Shown here in pieces: positions 13,461-27,288 of a stretch of DNA of 64,000 nt (positions are counted from its first letter, which is position 1; each line of letters begins with the position of its first letter). Source of the DNA: Octopus sinensis (taxonomy: Eukaryota); NCBI RefSeq assembly GCF_006345805.1, contig NW_021832284.1:62001-126000 (forward strand), in the 5' to 3' direction. A model generated the notes under the pieces. That model worked only from the letters and a program-made list of their open reading frames with translations. It ran no database searches and was not told where the DNA came from. Made by a program: the position numbers and the translations under genes.

Positions 13461-13537
<77 letters not shown>
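13226..13537. repeat. (GATA)n microsatellite (others at 14753-14820, 29072-29366, 47545-47820, 50395-50515)
   Basis: Direct reading. Confidence 0.97.
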
Positions 13538-14752
13538 TGTTTCTTTATTAGCCACACAGGGATGCACACAGACGGGACAAATTACAAGGTAGAGCTTTTC
13601 TTTTGGGGAGAAAGAAGGGGATTTGGTTTTTGATCAAAAGGGATCGTAAAAGGAAAGAAAGAGGAAAGCAAAAAAAAGGGGGGAAGGGGTAAAAAATAAA
13701 AGGAAAAGGAAAAAATCGATCAATAGGGATCGTTATCACAGAAATGTCAATATAAAGTGTAAAGGGGAGGACAGGTGAGGTTTGCCCGTGGAAAGAAAAG
13801 CCTACGGAAAAGACCACGGTAACCTCGGTCAATGAAGTCACATGTTATATTTGTTTTACAAATAAGCAACTCTCTGTATTGATTTTTACGGTTCATCGGA
13901 TCATAGTCAAGGTGGCTTCGTCATCCATACGTGCCATCCTTGCTACATTCACCCATCTTTTTTAAAAACATTTACTAGACAAAACTTGCCTCTCTACTCT
14001 CACTTTCCTCTTCAAGTGATACTTGAAGAAGTTGATGAGAGATTGACCAGAGGGGAAAGTGTTTGTCTCTAATCCTTTCAGGCGCGTCCACCAGATACAT
14101 TCTTTCGCCATAGCCACAAGTATGATAAAAATAGCACTTCCTTCCCGTTTGATGGAAGGAGGCGTGACGATATTAACGATAGACTCGGCTGATAAACCGA
14201 CACGTCCCACACGTGACAGCAGTCGTTCGACATAAGCCCACAGGTCGGAGATTGTTGGACACTGCACGATTGCATGCAGAACGGTTTCGTCGCTCTCACC
14301 GCATCTCGGGCAGGTCGGCCCGGTGTTTCTCGAGCCATGCCTATAGAGCTTATCCCGAACGGGTAGCGCTTCTCGGTAGCACCGCCAGGCCAGGGATCTC
14401 TGGAAATTGTCCATAGGTCCCGGCCCGAAAGTCATTTCAAACAGGCTGGTCAGGTATTTTTGAAACGACTTTCGGGCCGGGACCTATGGACAACTTCCAG
14501 AGATCCCTGGCCTGGGGTGCTACCGAATAGCGCTACCCGTTCAGGATAAGCTCTATAGGCATGGGTCGAGAAACACAGGGACGACCTGCCCGAGATGCGG
14601 TCAGAGCGACGAAACCGTTCTGCACGCGATCGTGCATTGTCCAACAATCTCCGACCTGTGGGCTTATGTCGAACGACTGCTGTCACGTGTGGGACGTGTC
14701 GGTTTATCAGCCAAGTCTGATAAACCGACACGTCCCACACGTGACAGCAGTC
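13538..14752 (-). mobile_element. 5'-truncated Tx1/L1-clade LINE with internal fold-back
   Basis: CPRCGESDETVLHAIVQC zinc motif; AATAAA at 13544-13549; (GATA)n on both sides. Confidence 0.85.
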
Positions 14753-14820
<68 letters not shown>

Positions 14821-15957
14821 GAGATAAGAAAAGAAATAGAACAACAATTAACAATTAGACGTTGAGCATTTGTATTAAATGGTCAAAATTTAATTATAGC
14901 TAAAATAACATTAACAGCTGTTACATTTTGTTATTTTTGAGGTAGATTTGCATTTATCTCGTTCCATATAACAAGCATCGTCAGAATGATTTGGAGTTTA
15001 TCAGAGGAATATTGATAGGAGGAAAAAGGAAAAAGGAAAAGAAAAAAGAAAAAGGGAAAAAAGTTACATTTTTGTTTCCTCTAAAGGTTGCTCGTGTGTG
15101 TACATTTATTTTAGCTATAATTAAACTGTGACCATTTAATACCAATGATCAACTTCTAATTGTTAATTGTTGCCCCATTTCTTTTCTTATCTGAATATAT
15201 TAAACCACAGTTTACCATTAAAAGTTACCAATTACTATTAACCTTATAGCAAGGCCTCTACATAGTTAGGTAATACACCAGTAATGCCTACGGATACATT
15301 TATCCCTTAGACAGTTGCATATTATTTTCATCAACAAGATAAGTAACGTTTTTTATTTAACAATATTATTTAACTTTTGATCGTATTAAGTTTGATTATT
15401 ATTATTTTTATTATTGTTGTTGTTGTTGTTAAAATATATTGTTGTTAAAAAATTATATATAATTTCTTGATAATTATTAGTTATGATAAGTATATCTATA
15501 TATTTATTATGCTTTATTATAATTTTTTAGTGTGATTTAACCTATTACATATAATTTAACTTGAGAATTAGTTTTGTAAGACAATACATTATTTAATAGT
15601 TAGATGGTCTATTTATTACGTAGTATTACATTTAAGTAAACTAGTTTAAGATAAATCGATATTTTGGTTAACTATTTTATTGAGTAAAATATTAAATCTA
15701 TAGATACTATTTATATATTAATAATATAGTTAGTTTATCTAATAGGTGTGAACTATTTCTTATTTTTTATACTAATATTTATAGCTTGTACTAACATTAT
15801 GTATATTACTTAACATTAAAGTTTTTAATATAAATTACTTAATGAGTATAAAATTATATTTAGATATTTATTAAATAAATTAATTAATTAATAATTTAAT
15901 TTAATGAATATAGTTTAAATTATAGTATTTAGTTTTCACTTAATGTATATTTTGTAT

Positions 15958-16025
<68 letters not shown>

Positions 16026-16150
16026 TACTTGGAGGAAAGAAACGAACCGACGCGAGGGCGCTCAGTCATATAATAACAATTTAATAAATTAAATATATGC
16101 ATGCATGCATACATATATGTACGTACCTAAATCTATATGTATATATACAA

Positions 16151-16206
<56 letters not shown>

Positions 16207-17137
16207 TATATATATGAGTACAGGACACCACAAATAAACGTAGAACACAACGAGAAAGGAAAACATAAAAACAAACTAGGAAACGGACTTTTTTTAACAA
16301 CGAAAAAACAGAGTACAAGACAAACAATACAAGGAATATTCCCCTTCATCAGCTGTCCCTGGCTCGACTCAATGCGTTTGTCGAAGGTAAGGACAGAACT
16401 CGATCCGGCCGAAGCAGTCCTTCCTGCAAAATGAATTAAATAAAATTCTTTTGCAGAGGGGTAAAACAAAGAAAGAAAAAAAGTGACAAGAGCAGGAAGT
16501 AAAAGCAATACAAATAAAAATACAGTACACATAAAGAATAAAAACAGGACAATGAAACCAACATTGAGGGCTATTTTGTAAGCCTAGACGATGGAAAAAA
16601 AGATATATATATATATTTCAAATATTTTAATTAATTTTATCTTATTTTTTAAACGAGAATATATTTGTTAAGATATTCCGTATTTTACAAGATTATTTAT
16701 ATGTATTAATTAATTTATCTAATTAATTATTTTATTGTTGTTATCTTTAACCTGAAGAGAGACTATATTTATATTGAAGTGATTTTACTACTACTACTAT
16801 TAGTATTACTATTATCATTTCTTAAATATAGCCACGAAACACGTGTCGATATTCTACCATATATATGCGTTTTATTTATTATTTTGCACATTACTTAATC
16901 ATTGTTATATGTTTTATCTTATATTTAATCTTTCTATAATATGTAATTTTTCTAAATGGCGTAATTTAATTTTTCATTATTGAATTGATAAAAGGTGCTT
17001 TTTCTAATTTATATATATATATATATATATATATGTTATATTTTTGGAAATTTGATTTAGTATTTCTAAATTGAACTTACCCTGTAAGATTTTACCTTGA
17101 TCGCTCCAGCTTTCTTTTTTGTGTTATAGAATAAAAA

Positions 17138-18164
17138 TGAGCGCTCCACTAGCACTGTGCACCAGGGAAGAACAGAAATCAGTGATCCGATTTCTCTGAA
17201 GTTGTGGTAGGGGCTGAAATTCATCGCAGGCTTTCAGTACAATATGGGGACTTCTCGAGAAGTCTAAAAATTGCCAAACAAGAATGAAACACGAAGAGGG
17301 AGAAGGGTGCCAATAACCTCCATCGCTAAAGTGAAGATTTCAAGAGCTCAAGAGATGGTTCTGGCATACTGACGAGTGAACATTGATGAGGTGGCATGTT
17401 CTCTACAAATTAGTCATGGTTCTGCATACGAAATTATCCACGGCAAACTTCGCTTCTGTAAGGTTTGTGCGACATGGGTGCCAAGATAGCTTGCAGAAGT
17501 GCATAAACGGAGTTTGTGGATATCTGCCAACGCTTACTCAACTGCTACAACGATGAAGGGAAAGTGTTTTTTGGAAAGAGCCACGGATGAGACTTTGATT
17601 CAGAATCGAAACAGCAGAGTATAGAGTAGAGACACCCAAAATCACAAGCGTAAAAGACATTAAAAACTCAAACTTCCAAAGAATAAATTACATTAACTGT
17701 TTTTTTATGTGTAAAAGGGCCTATGCAAGAACATTACCTGGAAAGTGGGTCTACAGTCGCCAGTAACAGTAGAATGTTAGTCAACAAATTGAAACCAGTA
17801 ATTTGCACCAAACGCCGAGGTCTACCATCAAATAAGTTTTATTGTAGCACGACAATTCACGCCCACCCCATATACGGCCGCCCACACCATTGAAACCATT
17901 GAAAAATTTTATTTTTAGCTGCTGGAAAACCCTGCATACACTCCAGATCTCTCCCCTTCCGTTAATCACCTCTTTTGGGTCGCCCAAACATCCTTTACGA
18001 GTTCGTCGATTTGCTGTGAAGAAGAGCAAGAAGCGACGCATGAATGGCTGCGTGACCAGCCGAAAGTCTTCGATAGAATAAGCAAGTTGTGAACCGCTAG
18101 AAGTGCATTGAAAAGACAGGAGTGAATACAAGTGTCCATATGATTTTTGACTCACCCTCGCGTA
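17138..18164 (+). mobile_element. Decayed mariner transposase gene
   Basis: MSAPLALCTREEQKSVIRFL start, WVP-like, DET-like and DN/PHPPYxPDL remnants across many frameshifts; 3' TIR-like gactcaccctcg. Confidence 0.75.
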
Positions 18165-21100
18165 AGGGCGTGCACATATATGCGTGAATGTGTGTACATA
18201 AAGGTTTCATTTTGCTTGCACTGTATTGCAGAACATTCGCTTCATCAAATTGGACGTAGATTAAAATGATTTCGATGCCTTCCGAGAGTCCCGTGTGCTT
18301 TTGGCTCGCATGCTTTGCTACGGTTGTGTTAATCACATAACCATGAAGAATCGACCTAGGCTTCTCTCTGCAGTTTACCAATTCTATAATTACTAATATT
18401 TCTTACCCCAACCAACACTGAAGAGCATTGTTGAATCTAGCTAATACGAAACCTAACGTACTAATTATTATAAAGATACACTGGTTATTTTGTTTTCAAG
18501 AGATCTCTTTACTACTTTTCGTGGTTGTAATAGCTGGTCTGTGTTCTTACAACAGTGAGTAACCCACTAAAGGGCAAATGTTTCCCTTTAAGTTTTATCA
18601 ACTTCCGAAGATCAGTTCTTTGAGCTTATGCTTCATCCCCCATCTACTCAATTTCACTCAGAGAATAAGGGTTACCAAAATCACTTCGTAATAGTATATT
18701 TTATGGCATACAAATCGACGTAATATATAGTGTAAATATATAGTGTAAACATTCAAACATCGACACTATTTTCCCAGATAATGTTGCATTTCACATAGAA
18801 TGTTTTGTCTTCCAAATTCATCTTTGCTTATAAGTTGGCCTACTCATTTTAGCAGTAAATTCTGGTCCGCAAAAGTTCAATTTGTATATCGGAAAATAGT
18901 ACAGCCTGTTAGTAATTTTACTTAGTAAAACCTTGGGGCTTTTTTATGCCATTACAAATAAATATATTTGTATGTATTAATATATATTCGTGTATACAAC
19001 ATGTGATACACTCCTGTATTTTGGGAGCGTACGTGAATGTTTCTTATCAATTATGGGATTTCAACAGATTCTGAACGTGTGTAAAGTCCATGAAATTACA
19101 AGTTCGTAAAATATTTTGCAAATTGTGTGATGCCTTGTAGATGTGTTATGCGTATGTATAGTATACCTGTTGAATTTAGAACTGCCGTACAAGCTACTAG
19201 AAGTAAATGTTTGTTATGCGTATTGTTCTTAAAATCAATATCATGTCTTAAATTTATCCTTGTTGGATATGTGGCAAGGTGGACGAGGGTGTCTTGCTTG
19301 AAAATTCGTCGTTTAAATTGTTGTTTGTGCATACAGAGAGAGCGGTTTACATCCCTAAATTTCAAAATGTTCGCTGTTGAAGTTATGCTTTTTTCTCTGA
19401 TATAGATATACAGATTTCGTCTACTGCCTCATCCCTTGTATTTGCTGAGCTTAGATATGATACTCAATTTAATTTGGGTAGGTTGTCGACGTTTCATGCC
19501 ATATTAGGCAAAGAGATTAGCATCCCTTTTATTCTTATATCTAAACGAACCCAAATGGTGTGTCTCTCGCTTTGAAGGTATTTCCTGTCATTCCAATGTG
19601 TGTGTATATATATGCGTGGGTATCCGTGTATATATATATATAAATTAAATTAGAGATAAAACCACTATTAGGCAAATCAAACAGTGAAAAACATAAACCA
19701 AAACATAAAAATAAAAATAATTAATATAATTTACAAAATATATAAAATATGAAATTTAGAATTTAAAAAATTTTAATTATTTAAATTTAAAATTATTATT
19801 TATATTTTATTTAAAAGCAGCAGAAATATAACAAAAGCTGTTACTCAGAGTTTCACGTTCCCATTCGTCGGAGTAACAGCTTTTGTTATATTTCTGCTGC
19901 TTTTAAATAAAGCATATTACTCTACCTCTGGTATTTGAGTACTCTTTATTCCACCTTATTTCACATTTATGTGGTTACTCCGCTATATATATATATATAT
20001 ATATATATAGATATATATATATATATACCATACTGGTTTCAACAAATTTGGGGTTTGCGCTGATAAGGAAGAAATTGAAGATAAGCAAGAAAGTTCAGTA
20101 AAACATGATTAAAACATCAAATGTTCATACAAATACCAATATTCAATAAATTTAGAAAATGATAAAGGTTCAAATATTTGATGAATTGCATATCGATTAT
20201 ATTTGATTGAGTTCAGTAGCTTCCAATAACTTATATTAACAAGTGGTTATGATGATGTATGGACATTTGATTTTTAAGCGTGTTTTACCAAATTTATTCT
20301 TATACTTTCAATCTCTATGAAACTTTATTGTGTACCATTGAAAATTGGATGCAAAAATTTGTTAAAACCGCTATGGTAGTTTAATAAGCGTATTAAAAAT
20401 AGTTATACTAACAAGTAGATACTATTAAATTTTAAAACTGAACATTGGAGTTTGTTTGAATATTTCATTTTTAAACCAGTTTTACCGATTTTTCTAGGGT
20501 ATCTTCAGTATCTCTTAAACAGTTTTTCTTTACTATTGACAAGCAAAGCATTGTTGAAACGGGTATGGTATTATAATACGTTTTGAAGGCGGCGCTCTGG
20601 CAGAAACGTTAGCACGCCGGGTGAAATTCTTGGCGGTATTTTGTCTGCCGTTACGTTCTGAGTTCAAATTCCGCCGAGATCGACTTTGCCTTTCATCCAT
20701 CCGGGATCGATAAATGAAGTACCAGTTGTCCCCTCTGTGTTTGGCCCCTTGTGGGTAGTAAAGAAATAGGTATTTCGTCTGCCGTTACGTTCTGAGTTCA
20801 AATTCCGTGGAGGTCGACTATGCCATTCATCTTTTCGGGGTCGATTAAATAAGTACCAGTTACGCACTGGGGTCGATGTAATCGACTTAATCCGTTTGTC
20901 TGTCCTTGTTTGTTCCCTCTGTGTGTAGCCCTTTGTGGACAGTAAAGAAATAAGAATCGTTAGCACGCTGGGCGAAATGCTTAGCGGTATTTTGTCTGCC
21001 GTTACGTTCTGAGTTCAAATTCCGCCGGGTCGACTTTGCCTTTCATCCATCCGGGATCGATAAATGAAGTACCAGTTACGCACTGAGGTCGATATAATCG

Positions 21101-22327
21101 ACTTAATCCCTTTGTCTTTCCTTGCTTGTCCCCTCTGTGTTTGGCCCCTTGTGGGTTGTAAAGAAATAGGTATTTCGTCTTCCGTTACGTTCTGAGTTCA
21201 AATTCCGTGGAGGTCGACTGTGCCTTTCATCATTTCGGGGTCGATTAAATAAGTACCAGTTACGCACTGGGGTCGATGTAATCGACTTAATCCGTTTGTC
21301 TGTCCTTGTTTGTCCCCTCTGTGTGTAGCCCTTTGTGGGCAATAAAGCAATAAGAATCGTTACCACGCCGGGCGAAATGCTTAGCGCTATTTTTTCTGTG
21401 CTTACGTTCTGAGTTGGAATTCCGCCGAGGTCGATTTTTCCTTTTGAGGTGGATAAAATAAGTACCAGTTGAGCAACGTTACTCATGGATATGAGTATAA
21501 AAGCTGCACACCTCTGCCAAGTCATGTCAATCCAGTGTGCCAGAATACGATCACCAAACCAGTATGTTCTCAAGTTCAAAATCACGGCCTCCACCTCAGA
21601 CCGTGGTTGTTGGAGAGAACATGCTGAGGCCTTCGTCCTTCATGTGGACTGAACATGGCCAAAGAAAAAAAAGAAAGAATACGATTTATCAGTTGAAGCT
21701 TAAGCATTCGATCGTAATTTTAACAAGATCGATAGAACAAGAGAATCGATGACCCAACTCCCCTATCACTAAAAGGGTAAAGACCCACTTCAGTTATGAC
21801 TGACCATGGGATTGTACCTACAAAGTCACCCTCCGAGGCACAAGTCCGGGCAAGGTTTTTATGGAAGACCAGCAGTCACCCATGCATACCAGCCTCCTCC
21901 TCTCCACACCACAAAGGAAAGGGAAAGGCCGATACAGCTTGGTGTCAGTGACGTGGCAACTCATTGCTACAGCTGAGTGAACTGGAGCAACCTGAAATAA
22001 AGTGTCTTGCTCAAGAGCACAACACACAGCCCTCGTCAGGAATCGAACTCACTACTTCATGATTGTGAGTCCGATGCTCTAACCATTGACCCATGCGCTG
22101 CAACAATAAGCAATATATTATGGACAACTAAGGATTAAGTACTTACGAGCTGTTACGTGAAAAACAATACAAAATCTAGGTAAATATATAAAAACACGAA
22201 ACAACAAATTATTTGTTGCGTGATTATAAATCGATATTTATCGGAAATAAACAATCTGCCGGAATGCAAAACACAAGTTTTATATAAATATAAATATATT
22301 TGCGCACGCATGTGTGTTTGTGGGTGC

Positions 22328-22397
<70 letters not shown>

Positions 22398-23537
22398 CGT
22401 AAATAGGGAACAGCTTTTCTTTTGCACAGGCGCAGGAGTGGCTGTGTGGTAAGTAGCTTGTTTACCAACCACATGGTTCCGGATTCAGTCCCACTGCGTG
22501 GCACCTTGGGCAAGTGTCTTCTACTATAGCCTCGGACCGACCAAAGCCTTGTGAGTGGATTTGGTAGACGGAAACTGAAAGAAGCCCGTCGAATGTATGT
22601 ATATATATATATGCGTGTGTGTGTTTGTGTGTCTGTGTTTGTCCCCCTAGCATTGCTTGACAACCGATGCTGGTGTGTTTATGTCCCCGTTACTTAGCGG
22701 TTCGGCAAAGGAGCCCGATAGGATAAGTACAGGGCTTACAAAAGATTAAGTCCCGGGGTCGAGTGGCTCGATTAAAGGAGGTGCTCCAGCATGGCCGCAG
22801 TCAAATGACTGAAACTAATAAAAGAGTAAAGAGAGAGTAAAGAGATATAATATTCAAAAACACGACTATGTTCATGTTTGATGTTTTTTGTGTATACATA
22901 TGTATATATGTTCATGTTTGATGTTTTTTTGATGGTTTTTGTTTGTGTATATATGTCGTAAATCTTTATGAGTTCTTTATGTTTGGTCCGGAACAACAGC
23001 GATTGTTAATCCTATAGTTTCATACTCCGAGCCTTTTTTGATCGTCTTAATCTTAAAATAAACTATTGTAATGGCGTGTTGTCCGTATGTTCTACACAAA
23101 GTTGAAAAACGTCTTGGCAATAATTTTATAACTGATAAAATTATTAACTCCGGATTTAAAATTATACACCGTTAAATCCAGATGAATTTCAAGATATGAT
23201 TTTTTTAACACTTTTTTTATTATTTTTCATTATATATTTTTAAGTGTTAAGCATTTGTGTGCTTAATTTATTGAGTATTTCGCTATTTTTATTCTTTTTT
23301 ACTTTTACTCTTTTATTTGTTTCAGTCACTTGACTGCGGCCATGCTGGAGCACCAGCTTTAGTCGAGCAAATCGACCCCAGGACTTATTCTTTGTAAGCC
23401 TAGTACTTATTCTATCAGTGTCTCTTGCCGAACCGCTAAGTTACGGGGACGTAAACACACCAGAATCGGTTGTCAAGTGATGTTGGGGGGACAAACACAG
23501 ACACATAAACATACACACACACACACAAACGTACACT

Positions 23538-23571
<34 letters not shown>

Positions 23572-24338
23572 CGACGGGCTTCTCTCAGTTTCCATCTACC
23601 AAATCCACTCACAAGGCTTTGGTCTGCCCGAGGCAATACTAGAAGACACTTGCCCAATGTGCCACGCAGTCGGACTAACCCGGAACTATGTGGTTCGTAA
23701 GCAAGCTCCTTACCACACAGTCACTCCTGCGTTCTTATTAGTAAAGTTGCTGCAATTATTCTTATTTATTGTGTAATTTGATATAAAAATGCATGTGCTG
23801 TGAACTAACAGACTACATTATAATGAGTTTAAATGGCTCCTTGTTTTAAATGTATGGACTAGCAGCAGGAAGCATCGCCCTTGTTTGTCTGACGTAGGCA
23901 TGTGACTTATGTAAATTACATCATTTTGGTCCCTATGAATTCGTCACAACGGCGAACAAAAAGAAAGCTGAGAGACATAACCATGTAAGAAGATGCAGAG
24001 GTCTTGCAAGGACAATTCTTCATGGAAGCAAAGTTAAGAAAAAAGAAGAAAGGCAGACAAAGGTTAAATATAAAGGATATTAAAGATTAAATTATATATA
24101 ATGATAGAGACTACTTATATGCACTAAATGTATGTTTTTGCCAATGCTTACACTAATTTAAACTTTAATTTCCTTTATATTTAACATTCACTATTGGTAT
24201 CACTACTCTTTCTGTTAGCTACTTATGACGTTATATCATATAACGTTTTTTTTAACAATATTAATAGTGTTCTGTCTATCGCTATACAAATCCATCATTT
24301 TTTGCTAAAATGTCTTATTGACGAGTTTCGCTTTTTTC

Positions 24339-24424
24339 ACTTTTCTGAGGAGGAGATTGCATTGTTTATACCATTTATTCTTTTGAATAGTATCAGTGGA
24401 ATTTTCGAAACATGTGTCGAAAGT
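24339..24424 (+). ncRNA. Type I minimal hammerhead ribozyme in 5' pLTR
   Basis: Stem I ACUUUU/GAAAGU, core CUGAGGA, long stem II, GAAA, short stem III C-AUGU-G, GUC cleavage at 24418. Confidence 0.7.
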
Positions 24425-27202
24425 AAAAATATTTGATTACACCTGCGTTAAACTCCATTTATTTATTCATATATTATTCAAAATATTCCACGTAAACACG
24501 AAGTTTCTACCTTTATAAACAAGGAGTTACAACATCTTTACTTGTGCGATTTTTGCTACCCTGGTAACTATTTATTTATTTTTTCCGTGTTAATTGTTAA
24601 CAAGGTAAAATACACTCATCTATTTATAATACTTTAATCAGGTTTATTAATAACCTGCTAACTGAAGAGTTACAGCATATGGAGTTATTGAATATTAACG
24701 CATCTCTTAAGGACATTCCTATTCCACCTAAGAATGTTTTCCTTAAACAACTTGTCAATAAGATAAATTCATTCATCAACCGAATAAGATGGCTTACCTT
24801 TTTCTTTGACAAAAATGACACTCAACAACATGCTAATGATAAAACATCTGAGTTCAACAAGTTATTTAAATTTAAAAATAGTCCACCGCTTAACCCAAGA
24901 TTGAAGCAATTTGAATATGATCTCTGGTCCATTGTAAGACATGTAAATTTTCAACGATCAACACTAAGAAATAAACATCTGAGGTATCTTCGCAACATCA
25001 CCAAAGAAATCAATTCTATGGATACTATGTTGGTTCAATCTGATAAGACTGGAAATCTATACATACTTGATAAAGACTATTATTTGGAATTACTTAAAAA
25101 AGAAATTCAGAAAAAGTATAAAATTGCTGATAAAAGAATACTTAAGAAAGCCAACATTGAGGCTATGAAAATCATGGTGAAATATAACCTACAAATGAAG
25201 ACAGAACCACTTGATCCTAAGCTACCTCGGTTCATTTTGAAGGATCGCAAACTAAATTTTTTTACTAACCCATCATTAAGGCTTATCTGCCCTTCTAGCT
25301 CTGACATCGGTATCCTTAGTAAAAATATGCTAGATAAATATATTCCTAATTTAATCAAACATTAAAACTTAGTTTATGGACTAATTCGTTTGAAGTAGTT
25401 AACTGGTTTAGTTCTATTACCAATAAGGTGAGTACTAAGTTTATCCAGTTTGATATTTCTAATTTTTATTCATCTATCAATCCAATAGTACTTAATAAGG
25501 CTCTTTGGCTTGCTCATAACAAAGCTGGTCTCACCCGAGAAGAAATTAATGTTGTGTTGGCAGCCAGAAGATCTATTATTAAATTTGATGGTAAGTTGTG
25601 GGTCCGTAAAGACACACCAGATAGTTTCGATATACCAATGGGAAGTTCTGATTCAGCACAGATAGCTGATTTGGTCTGTATATATATTCTTTTTGAAATG
25701 GCTGAAGAGTTCCCTAACATTTATGGAGGTCTATATCGTGATGATTGTTTACCTCCAAAATGTTTCCAACCAAAAGGTACAAAAAGTTAAGAATAGTTTA
25801 GTTAATTTTTTCAGTAGAATGGGCTTAAAATCGTTTTTGATGACGATATGACGAAGGCCAACTTTTTAGATATTACACTTAATTTACACAGTGACACTTA
25901 CTTCCCATATCGTAAACCGTTAACCAATCTAAAGTACATTAGCAAATTTAGTAATCATCCTGGAGCAATTACTAAGAACTTAGTTAAGAATATTTCATTT
26001 AGATTATCTAAATTATCTGCTAATGTTGATATTTTCAATAATAACGCTAAATTCTATAACTCTGCCTTAATTAAAGCAAGTTATACAGAGAAGATTTTCT
26101 ACATTGATTCTGCTCAGTCTAATTGTAAATTCAATAATGTAGATAAGATTTCTAGTCGTAAAAGAATTATTGATTACAAACATAAATTACGCACCGATAC
26201 AAAGCGAATGAAGGCAGATAACCCTTATTTAATCCCCTATTATCGATCTAAAAGTAAATATAACACCTTCAAAAGTAATTACGCTATGAATACTAGTAAA
26301 AATATTTGGTTAATAATTCCTTACAGGAGACAAATTAAATCTAATCTCCCACTGCTGTTTCGTCAAGCTTTTGCTGGGAATTTTCCAAACAATTCTAAAT
26401 ATTACTCTACTATCAATTCACATAAGGTTAGGATAGGTTTTTCAAACACAAAAAATCTCTTGCAAATTATCTCTTCACATAATAACAAACTGTTAATTAT
26501 TAATACATTTACAAATACTAACATTAATTTAGCTAATACCATCCAACCCTCTAGAAATATTAATAACAAGGTTATTGTATCTGAAGTCAATTCCAATAGA
26601 ATTAAGTTTATGTCAAGTAACTCTAAGATTAAAAATTCTATATACCAGTGTATAATCAGTACTCGTAATAAAGTACGATTTTACATTGGAATCACATCGT
26701 TAGAGTTATCTAAGAGAATTTCTATTCATTACTCAACATTTAGGGATAGAAATAAACGTAATAGTACCGGTCTCAGCAAACTGATTTGGGATTTAAAAGA
26801 CCACAATGAACAATTTCATTTAGAATAGTTGATTCTCTCAATTTCGATACCATATGACAAAGGCAAGGAATTCTGTCTTCTCTGCAATTCTGAGCTATTT
26901 TTCATTATTTTTTTCTAAAAAATACTCTAGTAAACACGGTTATAGAGCAAGCCTACAGATGTAAGCATTGGCAAAAACATACATTTAGTGAATATAAGTA
27001 GCCTCTATCATTATATATAATTGAAACTTTAATTTCCTTTATATTTAACATTCACTATTAATATCCCTACTCTTTCTGTTAGCTACTTATGACGTTATAT
27101 CATATAACGTTTTTTTAAACAATATTAATAGCGTTCTGTCTATCGCTATACAAATCCATCATTTTTTGCTAAAATGTCTTAGTGACGAGTTTCGCTTTTT
27201 TC

Positions 27203-27288
27203 ACTTTCCTGAGGAGAAGATTGCATTGTTTATACCATGTATTCTTTTGAATAGTATCAGTGGAATTTTCGAAACATGTGTCGAAAGT
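27203..27288 (+). ncRNA. Type I minimal hammerhead ribozyme in 3' pLTR
   Basis: Stem I ACUUUC/GAAAGU, CUGAGGA, stem II GAAGAUU/AAUUUUC extended, GAAACAUGUGUC, cleavage after 27282. Confidence 0.78.

Noticed and set aside
16330-16420. Minus-strand CTGATGA followed by a hairpin
   Set aside because: No GAAA after the putative stem II
19385-19397. Alternative terminal exon EKKA*
   Set aside because: Weak polypyrimidine tract, 13 kb from the last exon, nothing but frame compatibility
20587-21480. Regularly spaced repeats resembling a CRISPR-like array
   Set aside because: Units are about 180-bp SINE bodies with no unique spacers; eukaryotic context and no cas genes
24679-27000. Selenoprotein-type Naiad ORF
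   Set aside because: Breaks are frameshifts and a TAG, not in-frame TGA at Cys positions
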